DNA from: Methylorubrum extorquens
GTDB taxonomy: Bacteria; Pseudomonadota; Alphaproteobacteria; Rhizobiales; Beijerinckiaceae
Reading direction: 5' to 3'
Length of the DNA stretch: 32,000 bases
Assembly: GCA_900234795.1 (NCBI GenBank)
Contig: LT962688.1
Location: 360,001-392,000 of the forward strand
The translations under genes were made by a program, and so were the position numbers. The notes under the pieces were generated by a model. The model saw nothing but the letters and a program-made list of their open reading frames with translations, searched no databases and had not been told where the DNA came from. Positions 7,162 through 15,045 of the stretch are shown piece after piece; the stretch's first letter is position 1; every line of letters begins with the position of its first letter.

Positions 7162-8463
7162 ATGGCGCGCTCCGTTTTCGTCCTTCTCCACCGCTGGGCC
7201 GGTCTGACGATCGCGGCCTTCCTGCTCGTGGCGGGGCTCACCGGCGCGGTGATCTCCTGGGACCACGAACTCGACGATTGGCTGAACCCGCATCTGCACA
7301 CGGTCGAGAGCCGCGGTGCGGCGATCCCCGCCCTCGACCTCGCGCGGCACTTCGAGGCCCGGGATCCACGCGCCCGCGTCGCCTATCTCCCGCTCGCAGC
7401 TGAGGCCGGCGAGTCGCTGTCCCTGTTCGTGATGCCGCGGGTCGATGCCGCGACCGGCGGCCTGCACAAGCTCGGCTACAATCAGGTCTTCCTCGATCCC
7501 GTCACCGGGGCCGAACTCGGCCGGCGGGAATGGGGTCAGGTCTGGCCGATCACCCGCGAGACGCTGATCTCGTTCCTGTACAAGCTGCACTACTCCCTGC
7601 ACCTGCCGGAGATGTGGGGCGAGGAGCGCTGGGGCATCTGGCTGCTCGGGATCGTCGCCGTCGTCTGGATGCTCGATTCCTTCGTCGGCTTCTACCTGAC
7701 GCTGCCGGTGCGCAAACCCGCCAACCCGGAGCGCCCGGCGGCGGTCGAGCGGCAGCTCGGCCGGGGCTGGTGGTCGCGCTGGAAGCCCGCCTGGAAGGTG
7801 AAGACCGCGGGTAGCCCCTACCGCGTGACCTTCGATCTGCACCGCGCCTTCAGCCTCTGGACCTTCGCGCTGCTGTTCGTGCTCGCCTTTACGGCGTTCT
7901 CGCTCAACCTCTACCGTGAGGTGTTCCTGCCGCTGATGTCGAGCGTCTCGCAGGTGACGCCCGACCCGTCGAACACCCGCCCCTTCGTCTCGCCGCTCAA
8001 GCCGATCGAGCCGGGGGTGGATTATGCCCGCATCCTGGAGGCGGCACAGGCGGAGGGGCAGCGCCGGGGCTGGAAGGAACCGGTCGGAGCGCTCGCCTAC
8101 GCGCCGATGCAGGGCTTCTACACCGCCCGCTTCTTCGAGCCCGGCGACGACCACGGCGCCGCGGGCGTCGGCCCGGCGGCGATCTATTTCGACGGTGGGG
8201 ACGGCCGGGTGATCGGCGACCGCCAACCCTGGGTCGGCACCGCCGCCGACATCTTCGTGCAGGCGCAGTTCCCGGTGCATTCGGGCCGCATCCTCGGCCT
8301 GCCCGGCCGCATCCTGATCTCGTTCATGGGGCTCGTCGTCGCGATGCTGTCGGTCACCGGCGTGGTGATCTGGTGGCGCAAGCGCGCGGCGCGCCTTTCG
8401 GTTCGGCGCAAGGCCGTCGCGCTGCCCGCCCGGCCCGTCAGCCGGCCCGTGCCGGCGGAGTAG
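7162..8463 (+). CDS. PepSY-associated TM-helix domain protein (PiuB/FoxB-like)
   Basis: The N-terminus ARSVFVLLHRWAGLTIAAFLLVAGLTGAVISWDHELDDWLNP is typical of PepSY_TM proteins. Later TM helices are present, and the C-terminus carries QFPVHSGRILGLPGRILISFMGLVVAMLSVTGVVIWW. ATG 7162 immediately follows an in-frame TTG at 7159, with AAGAGG/GAGGG upstream. Confidence 0.85.
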   Translation: MARSVFVLLHRWAGLTIAAFLLVAGLTGAVISWDHELDDWLNPHLHTVESRGAAIPALDLARHFEARDPRARVAYLPLAAEAGESLSLFVMPRVDAATGGLHKLGYNQVFLDPVTGAELGRREWGQVWPITRETLISFLYKLHYSLHLPEMWGEERWGIWLLGIVAVVWMLDSFVGFYLTLPVRKPANPERPAAVERQLGRGWWSRWKPAWKVKTAGSPYRVTFDLHRAFSLWTFALLFVLAFTAFSLNLYREVFLPLMSSVSQVTPDPSNTRPFVSPLKPIEPGVDYARILEAAQAEGQRRGWKEPVGALAYAPMQGFYTARFFEPGDDHGAAGVGPAAIYFDGGDGRVIGDRQPWVGTAADIFVQAQFPVHSGRILGLPGRILISFMGLVVAMLSVTGVVIWWRKRAARLSVRRKAVALPARPVSRPVPAE

Positions 8464-8465
8464 GC

Positions 8466-9251
8466 TCAGCGCCTGGCCGCCAGCACACGGCGGCCGGCCC
8501 GGCGGGCTGGCGCCAGGGTCGCGAGGTCGTCGTGGTGAAGCAGCAGGACGCCGGTGGTGCCGGCGAGCTTGCGGGCCGCGGGCGTGAAGCCGGCATTCGA
8601 GACCACGGCCGCCATGTCGCCCGACCAGTGGAGGGCGGCGGCCGCAACCTCCTGCACCGCCGCGTTGCCGACCGGGCGGCCGTAGCGCTTGCACTGCACG
8701 ATCAGGCGCAGGCCCGCCTTCTCGGCGATCACGTCGCATCCCTGGTCGCCGCTCGCCCCCGTGGGCCGGGCATCCCAGCCCGCCTCGCCCAGAAGTTCGG
8801 CGCAGTATCGCTCGTAGGCGATTCCGTCTTCCGGCGTCTCCATTTCGTCGGGCAATTCGTGCGCGCAGGCCACCCGCTCGACGATCTCCACCATCTCATC
8901 GAAGCGCGGTTCTGCGTAATCGGAAAAGCCGCGCTCCTCGACGAGCGGCAGGACGGTGCGCTCGACGAAGTACTCGCGCTCGCGCACCCAGCCGTCCTCG
9001 ATCGTGTTGCCGTAGGCGTCGAGGAAGCGCTCCTGCCGCCGTCGCAGGGCGAGCGTCGCGGCGTGGCGCCGGGCGATGTGACGCACGAGCGCGCGGAAGC
9101 GGCGCGGCCGGTCGAGGCGATGGAGGAGGATCGCGAGGCAGACCGTTCCCGTGGCGGCGAGAGCCGGCGCTCCATAACGGATGGCGGCGCCACCCCCGAG
9201 GACGACGGTCCAGAACAGGCGCGTGGCGATGGTCGACCGGCCGGACATCAT
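8466..9251 (-). CDS. Mrr_cat-type (PD-(D/E)xK) restriction endonuclease-domain protein with a hydrophobic N-terminus
   Basis: The C-terminal YERYCAELLGEAGWDARPTGASGDQGCDVIAEKAGLRLIVQCKRYGRPVGNAAVQEV...VVSNAGFTPAARKLA matches the Mrr catalytic pattern (D-x-G-x-D ... Q-x-K). The N-terminus LFWTVVLGGGAAI...ALAATGTVCLAILL is hydrophobic. The ATGATG start at 9251 is preceded by GGGAG. The ORF is open to 9401. Confidence 0.75.
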   Translation of the reverse strand: MMSGRSTIATRLFWTVVLGGGAAIRYGAPALAATGTVCLAILLHRLDRPRRFRALVRHIARRHAATLALRRRQERFLDAYGNTIEDGWVREREYFVERTVLPLVEERGFSDYAEPRFDEMVEIVERVACAHELPDEMETPEDGIAYERYCAELLGEAGWDARPTGASGDQGCDVIAEKAGLRLIVQCKRYGRPVGNAAVQEVAAAALHWSGDMAAVVSNAGFTPAARKLAGTTGVLLLHHDDLATLAPARRAGRRVLAARR

Positions 9252-9466
9252 GTCTCCCGCGAAAGACCAGGACGATGCCGGACTTCGCAGGAACTGTTCC
9301 CGCCGAGCGGTTGCCCGACTTCTAACGCCGAGGCTTGATCCTGCCCTCGCCGACGGAGCGCAGCCGCATCGCGTGTGGATAAGCGGCTTCGGCGCAAACA
9401 CGCCGCTCGGAGGCCGGGCGATCGCTGGCGGCCCGGCCTTCTACAAGGTCGGTCGGCGCGATGCGC

Positions 9467-9994
9467 TCAGACCGCGTCCGCGGAGCGGGCCCGACCACGG
9501 CGACGCGGCGCCGAGGCGCTGGTCTCAGGGGCCGGTTCGGCCGCTGGTTCGGCGATTGTCTCTGGCGCCGTCTTGGAGGGCCACTTCCGGCGCTGCTGGC
9601 CGAGGCCCATAGTCCGGGCCAGTTCCGAGCGGGTCGCGGCGTAGCTTGGAGCGACCATCGGATAGTCGTCCGGCAGGTTCCAGCGCGCGCGGTACTCGTC
9701 CGGCGAGAGATTGTAGCGCGTCCGCAGATGCCGCTTGAGCGATTTGAACTTTTTGCCGTCTTCGAGGCAAATGAGGAAATCCTGCTGGATCGAACGCCGG
9801 ATCGACACAGCCGGCGTCGGGGCCGGTTCTTCAGGTTCACTCGGCTTATTCGATAAGTGTGCCAGCGCACCATGAACCGACGTGATCAGCCCGGGCAGTT
9901 CCCCGACTGCCAGGGAGTTATTCCCGACATAGGCCGACACGATATCGACAACCAAGGCCACGTGATCGCCAGCGGAGCCATCCTCAAGCGACAT
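9467..9994 (-). CDS. mucR: MucR/Ros-family transcriptional regulator (176 aa)
   Basis: Carries the ROS/MUCR signature DIVSAYVGNNSLAVGELPGLITSVHGAL...SIRRSIQQDFLICLEDGKKFKSLKRHLRTRYNLSPDEYRARWNLPDDYPMVAPSYAATRSELARTMGLGQ. ATG at 9994-9992; the ORF is open to 10156. Confidence 0.9.
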   Translation of the reverse strand: MSLEDGSAGDHVALVVDIVSAYVGNNSLAVGELPGLITSVHGALAHLSNKPSEPEEPAPTPAVSIRRSIQQDFLICLEDGKKFKSLKRHLRTRYNLSPDEYRARWNLPDDYPMVAPSYAATRSELARTMGLGQQRRKWPSKTAPETIAEPAAEPAPETSASAPRRRGRARSADAV

Positions 9995-10588
9995 CCTCAA
10001 TATCCCTTCCGATATCTGCAAACGACGAACTGCAACGAGCGCCATAACGAAGACGCCATCATTGCCTAGCACGGTGCGACTGCGCTGAATGACCCAGGAC
10101 TTAACCTTTGATGGGTCCGGCTGCAAGATGGAATTTGAGCGTCTTCCAAAAATCAATTGAACTTTCGCCCGTTTGACACGGCTATTGCGATAAAAGTCGT
10201 ATTACGAACTCCATGAAAACCCCCGACATACGGTATAATTCCGAATTGCAAGACGGGATCATTACGCAGACCGGTGGGAGAGTACCGCTCGGGAACGTCG
10301 CGCCAGATTCGGCGGCGACTGCAAAAATCCAAGCTCAAAAAGGTTCAAAACGCCGGCATTTGAAATATATATCTGAGAACATGAAGGAAAACACGAGTTT
10401 GAAAATCAAAAAAATACTCTATTCCCACGCTTATCGGTAGAAATTTCAGTTATCATATCTCAGATCGAAAGTTATTATGTATTACCGAAGGCTATTTTGA
10501 TACCAGAATTATAATCAAAACCCATTTCATCAAACAAAATTCAAACCATTCTGCATCAAGGCCAATCGAAATCGCTGTATGCAAAAAC
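9995..10588. other. AT-rich intergenic island upstream of mucR (probable promoter and long leader)
   Basis: By my count 10381-10560 has 56 G+C in 180 nt (~31%), against 41/60 (~68%) at 10621-10680. No credible ORF. There are many A/T runs, such as aaatcaaaaaaatac. Confidence 0.6.
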
Positions 10589-11239
10589 TCAATGCCCGGA
10601 TTTCTCACGAGGGCCATAGGACTTGAATCGCTCGACCGTCTCGGCGACCTCGGCATCGGACAGCACCACCGGGGCGCCGACCTGCAACGCGATCGCATAT
10701 TGGCGGCACAGGGCCTCGACTTCGACGGCGAGCCACATCGCCTTCGACAGGTTCGGACCCGTGGCGATCATGCCGTGGTTGGCAAGCAGGCAGGCGCTGC
10801 GGCCTTCGAGGGCGTCGAGGGCGAAATCCGAGAGGCGCTGCGTGCCGTAGGGCGCGTAGGGGGCGCAACGGATGGTCGGGCCGCCGGCCATCGCGATCAT
10901 GTAATGCACCGCCGGGATCTCCCGTCCACAGATCGCGAAACCGGTCGCGTAGGGGGGATGGGCGTGGACGACGGCGCCGATCTCGGGCCGGGCCGCCAGG
11001 ATGTCCCGATGGAAGCGCCACTCGGAGGAGGGGGCCAGCGGATGGTCCCAATGCCCGTCGAAATCCATGGGGACGAGGTCATCGGGGCTGAGCTGCTCCG
11101 CCGGAATCCCGGAGGGCGTCACGAGAAAGCCGCTTCCGGTTCGGACGGAGAGGTTGCCCGAGGTTCCCTGGCTGAGGCCGAGATCGAGCATCCGGCGCAT
11201 CGCCTCGACCATCGCTTGACGGGTCGCGAAAGTCGGCAC
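10589..11239 (-). CDS. Class II aldolase/adducin-family protein (FucA-like)
   Basis: Motifs seen: GTSGNLSVRTGSGFLVTPSGIP...PSSEWRFHRDI...GAVVHAHPPYATGF...LLANHGMIATGPNL. GTG start at 11239, with AGAGGAG about 6 nt upstream. Confidence 0.85.
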   Translation of the reverse strand: MPTFATRQAMVEAMRRMLDLGLSQGTSGNLSVRTGSGFLVTPSGIPAEQLSPDDLVPMDFDGHWDHPLAPSSEWRFHRDILAARPEIGAVVHAHPPYATGFAICGREIPAVHYMIAMAGGPTIRCAPYAPYGTQRLSDFALDALEGRSACLLANHGMIATGPNLSKAMWLAVEVEALCRQYAIALQVGAPVVLSDAEVAETVERFKSYGPREKSGH

Positions 11240-11583
11240 GGGCTACTCCTCTGAGGGCGGATCGATCCTGCGATGCGGGGGCACGCGCAGGGAACGGGCG
11301 TTGTCGGGCGCGATTGCACCGGCAATCGCCGGAACCGATCCGTGACACTATCCGCAGGAGCGGCCGGGTGAAACCGGGCCAGGGGGAGCCGGACCGGGAC
11401 CGCCGGCTGAGGATGCCCGCCGCCTGAGGCGGCAGGAACGCTCGCCGAACACGCGTATTGGACAGAGGTGTACTCGCTCTACGCGCTTCATATGCGGCTC
11501 CGTCGCGCCGATTGCGGTCGATCTGCTCCATCAGACGGCGGTTTGACGCTCGGCCTCGAGCCTTGAAATGTTATAGGCGGCCC

Positions 11584-14286
11584 ATGAGCACCTATCGATT
11601 CGAGGCTCTGCTCGCCCCGCGCCGCATCGCCGTGGTCGGAGCGGGCGACCGACCCGGCTCCGTCGGCCGGGCGATCATCGACGGCCTACGCGCAGGCGGA
11701 TTCACCGGCGACATCGTTCCGGTCCATCCGCGCGAGACCAGCGTCGATGGATTGGCGTGCAGCCCGCGCCTTGCCGACATCCCCCAGGCGCCCGACCTCG
11801 TAATGATCGCGACACCCCCGGCGGCGGTGCCGGGCATCGTCGAGGAGGCGGGGCAGATCGGCGCCGCCGCGGCGGTGATCCTGTCCGCCCATCTCGGCGT
11901 CGGCGAGGCGGCCCCGGCCGGCGCCGCCCACGCGGCAGCACGGCGGCACGGATTACGGCTGATCGGGCCCGACAGCGTCGGCCTGAGCGTCCCAGCACGC
12001 AGCCTCAACGCGAGCCTGCTCGCCCGTCCGCCGAAGCCCGGCGATCTCGCCCTCATCTCGCAATCCGGCACCGTCGCCTCGGCCATCGCCGAATGGGGAT
12101 GGCGGCACGGGGTCGGCTTCTCCGCGGTGATGACGCTGGGCCGCTCCGCCGACATCGACATCGCCGACTGCCTCGACCACTTCGCCGAGGATTTCCACAC
12201 CCGCGCGATCATCCTGTCCCTGCACCACATCACGGATGCGCGGAAATTCCTCACCGCAGCCCGGGCGGCGGCCCGCGCCAAGCCGGTCGTGGTGCTGCGC
12301 ACCGGGCGCCACGATGCGCCCGGCCGCCGGCCGGAGACGCATACCGGCGCGCTCGCCCGGCCCGGCGCCGTCTACGAGGCCGCCTTCCGTCGCGCCGGCC
12401 TGCTCGCGGTGGACGGGCTCGATGCCATGTTTTCCGCCGTCGAGACCCTGGGGCGCCAGCGGCCCTTCCCCGGCAACCGGCTGATGATCGTCTCCAACGG
12501 GCGCGGCATCGGCGCGCTCGCCGCCGACCGGCTGGCCGACCTCGGCGGCACGCTGGCGGAGCCCGCACCGGCAACGCAGGACTGCCTGGCCCCTGTGCGG
12601 CACGGCCGGCAGGCCAACCCGCTCGATCTCGGCATCGATGCGGTGCCGGGCGATTACGTCGGTGCCCTGGAACCGCTGCTCGCCGGACGCGACAGCGACG
12701 CGATCGTCTCGATCCATGTGCCGACCGCGCGGGCGGCCAGCCGTGAGGTCGCCGAGACCGTGGCCGGCGCCGTCGCCAAGGCGCGTTCGGCGGGACGCCG
12801 CAAACCGGTCTTCGCGGTCTCGATCGGCGAGGACGAGGCGATCCGCGCGATCTACGCCGACGCCAAGATCCCGCTCTTTGCTACCGATGCCGACGCGGTG
12901 GAGGGCTTCCTGCACCTCGTGCGCTACCGCGAGGCGCAGAACGACCTGATGCGTACGCCGGACGCCCTGCCGCGCGAGTTCACGCCGGACGTCGCCGCCG
13001 CGCGCCGCATCGTGGACGAAGCGCTGGCCGAAGGGCGCACCTGGCTCGACCCCTACGCAGTGACCGAGCTGTTGACTGCCTACCGGATCGTCTCGGTGCC
13101 CGTCACCTTGGCGCCGGATCCCGACGGGGCTGCGGCGGCGGCGTGGCCACTGATCGCGGGCGGCGGCACGGTGGTGCTCAAGCTCGTCTCACCGGACGTA
13201 GTGCACAAATCCGAAGTCGGCGGGGTCCGCCTCGGCCTCACCTCGGAAGCCGACGTGCGGGAGGCGGCCCACGCCATGATCGCGCGCGTCCGGGAACTGC
13301 GCCCCGACGCGCGAGTGGCGGGCTTTGCCGTTCAGCCGATGCTGCGCCGGCCGCAGGGGCGTGAGCTGATCGCGGGCCTCGCCGAAGATCCGGTCTTCGG
13401 GCCCGTGGTCGTGTTCGGACGCGGCGGCACGGCGGTCGAGGTCATCGACGACCGGGCCCTGGCGCTGCCGCCGCTCGATCTAGCCCTGGCGAGCGAATTG
13501 ATCGGCCGCACCCGCGTGGCCCGCCGTCTCGAAGCCTATCGCGACGTGCCGGCGGCGGATCTGCCGGCCATCGCCCTGCTGCTGGTGAAACTCGCCCAAC
13601 TCGCCGCCGACCTGCCGGCGGTGCGCGAACTCGACATCAACCCTCTGCTGGCAGACGCCGACGGCGCGGTCGCCCTCGACGCGCGGGTACGCATCGCGCC
13701 GGAGCCGAGCCCGCCGGAGCGCCGCCGCGGCAACTGGCACCCGCGCTTCGCGATCCGCCCCTATCCGTCCGATTGGGAGCGGCGGATCGAGGTCGGAGAG
13801 CGGTGCGTGCATGTCCGGCCGGTCCGGCCCGACGACGAGGACATGTTCCGCGCCTTCTTCGCGCAGGTGGACCCCGAGGACGTGCGCCTGCGCTTCTTCG
13901 CGCCGGTGCGGGATTTCAGCCATGCCTTCCTCGCCCGGCTGACCCAGCTCGACTACTCCCGTGCCATCGCCTTCGTCGCCCTCGACGATGCGGCGGAGGA
14001 GGACCGGCGCATGCTCGGCGCCGTCCGCCTTCACGCCAACGCCAACCACGACACGGGCGAGTTCGCGATCCTCGTGCGTTCCGACATCAAGGGCACCGGC
14101 CTCGGGGCTGCCCTCATGCGGATGATGATCGATTGGGCCAGGGCCGAGGGCATCGCCGTGGTCGAGGGCAGCGTGCTGGCCGAGAACCGGCCGATGCGAG
14201 CCGTCTGCCGCCACCTCGGCTTCGTGGAGAAAGCGGTCCCGGACGACCCGAGCCTCGTGAAGGCGACGCTGACCGTCGGGGGATAG
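11584..14286 (+). CDS. pat: Pat/YfiQ-type bifunctional acyl-CoA synthetase (NDP-forming)-like / GNAT protein acetyltransferase (900 aa)
   Basis: ATG 11584 gives MSTYRFEALLAPRRIAVVGAGDRPGSVGR (CoA-binding). This is followed by succinyl-CoA-ligase-like and ATP-grasp regions (VLKLVSPDVVHKSEVGGVRLGL) and a C-terminal GNAT (GEFAILVRSDIKGTGLGAALM). Confidence 0.9.
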   Translation: MSTYRFEALLAPRRIAVVGAGDRPGSVGRAIIDGLRAGGFTGDIVPVHPRETSVDGLACSPRLADIPQAPDLVMIATPPAAVPGIVEEAGQIGAAAAVILSAHLGVGEAAPAGAAHAAARRHGLRLIGPDSVGLSVPARSLNASLLARPPKPGDLALISQSGTVASAIAEWGWRHGVGFSAVMTLGRSADIDIADCLDHFAEDFHTRAIILSLHHITDARKFLTAARAAARAKPVVVLRTGRHDAPGRRPETHTGALARPGAVYEAAFRRAGLLAVDGLDAMFSAVETLGRQRPFPGNRLMIVSNGRGIGALAADRLADLGGTLAEPAPATQDCLAPVRHGRQANPLDLGIDAVPGDYVGALEPLLAGRDSDAIVSIHVPTARAASREVAETVAGAVAKARSAGRRKPVFAVSIGEDEAIRAIYADAKIPLFATDADAVEGFLHLVRYREAQNDLMRTPDALPREFTPDVAAARRIVDEALAEGRTWLDPYAVTELLTAYRIVSVPVTLAPDPDGAAAAAWPLIAGGGTVVLKLVSPDVVHKSEVGGVRLGLTSEADVREAAHAMIARVRELRPDARVAGFAVQPMLRRPQGRELIAGLAEDPVFGPVVVFGRGGTAVEVIDDRALALPPLDLALASELIGRTRVARRLEAYRDVPAADLPAIALLLVKLAQLAADLPAVRELDINPLLADADGAVALDARVRIAPEPSPPERRRGNWHPRFAIRPYPSDWERRIEVGERCVHVRPVRPDDEDMFRAFFAQVDPEDVRLRFFAPVRDFSHAFLARLTQLDYSRAIAFVALDDAAEEDRRMLGAVRLHANANHDTGEFAILVRSDIKGTGLGAALMRMMIDWARAEGIAVVEGSVLAENRPMRAVCRHLGFVEKAVPDDPSLVKATLTVGG

Positions 14287-14315
14287 CCGTCGCATGTCGC
14301 GTGCGGCTGCATAGA

Positions 14316-14350
14316 CAAAGAAAAACCGCCGACCCTCTCGGATCGGCGGT
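14316..14350 (-). terminator. Rho-independent terminator of dps
   Basis: accgccga (14325-14332) pairs with tcggcggt (14343-14350). On the minus strand this stem is followed by TTTTTCTTTG (complement of 14316-14325). It lies 22 nt after the dps stop. On the plus strand there is no T-run. Confidence 0.75.
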
Positions 14351-14371
14351 CCCTCGGTAGCGAGAAAAGGC

Positions 14372-14899
14372 TCAGTGGCCGCTGTCGGTCGCCTCGCGGG
14401 TCGACTCGTAGAGGAACCACGTGCGCTCCTCGGACTGATCGATCCACTCTTCCAAGAGGCTCGTGGTGGAGACGTCGTTGGCCTCGTCGGTGACGCTGTG
14501 CAGCTCGCGCATGTTGGCGGTCAGCGCCTTGTTGTCGTCGCGCAGTTCCTTGAGCATCTCCAGCGGGCTCACGTAGTCCGCGTTGTTGTCGGGAACGCGC
14601 TTGAGCTGCTCGGCCTGTCCGAGGGAGCGAAGGGTCGTACCGCCGATCTTGCGGGCGCGCTCGCCCACGGCGTCGATGATCGCGAAGATCTGCTCGGACT
14701 GCTCATCGAGCAGCAGGTGATAGTCGCGGAAATTCGGCCCACTGACATGCCAGTGGAAATTCTTGGTCTTGATATAGAGCGCGAAGAGATCCGACAGGAG
14801 AACGGTCAAGCCCTCGGAGATCTTCTTGACGTCGTTCGGGTCGAGATCGGTCGGGGTGTTGAGCCGGTCACTGGGGACGCGCAGCTTCGCTTTAGCCAT
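14372..14899 (-). CDS. dps: DNA starvation/stationary-phase protection protein Dps
   Basis: LLSDLFALYIKTKNFHWHVSGPNFRDYHLLLDEQSEQIF...ERARKIGG is the Dps ferritin-like ferroxidase region. The ORF is a clean 175 aa. Confidence 0.95.
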   Translation of the reverse strand: MAKAKLRVPSDRLNTPTDLDPNDVKKISEGLTVLLSDLFALYIKTKNFHWHVSGPNFRDYHLLLDEQSEQIFAIIDAVGERARKIGGTTLRSLGQAEQLKRVPDNNADYVSPLEMLKELRDDNKALTANMRELHSVTDEANDVSTTSLLEEWIDQSEERTWFLYESTREATDSGH

Positions 14900-15045
14900 G
14901 GGCGGTATCCTTAAAACTCTGCAATCGAATTCAGACGGGCGACAACCGCGCCGGCACTCGATCGGCAGAATGAGGAAGCGGGAAGCTTTGTTCCGCTCCG
15001 CATGGCAGCGCTGCTTTGGATGGGACGCGACGCCGCCGGGGCGCC

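Noticed and set aside
6955-8739. 594-aa ORF on the minus strand, antisense to the PepSY-TM gene
   Set aside because: The same shadow-ORF pattern (Arg/Pro/Gly-rich, no domain). The plus-strand frame gives a coherent PepSY_TM protein.
9412-9438. Hairpin ggccggg...cccggcc between the mucR stop and the Mrr-type gene start, considered as a mucR terminator
   Set aside because: The stem is only 7 bp, the loop is long, and there is no U-tract on the minus strand. That is not enough to call a terminator.
10213-10440. 75-aa ORF inside the AT-rich island, plus small ORFs at 10153-10338 and 10492-10698
   Set aside because: No Shine-Dalgarno is evident, the codon usage is completely unlike the host genes, and I recognise no motif. 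They are more likely chance ORFs in a regulatory spacer, but foreign origin cannot be excluded without a search.
11458-11583. 42-codon N-terminal extension of the Pat ORF
   Set aside because: The sequence is Arg-rich. The conserved CoA-binding N-terminus begins at ATG 11584 (MSTYRFEALL...).
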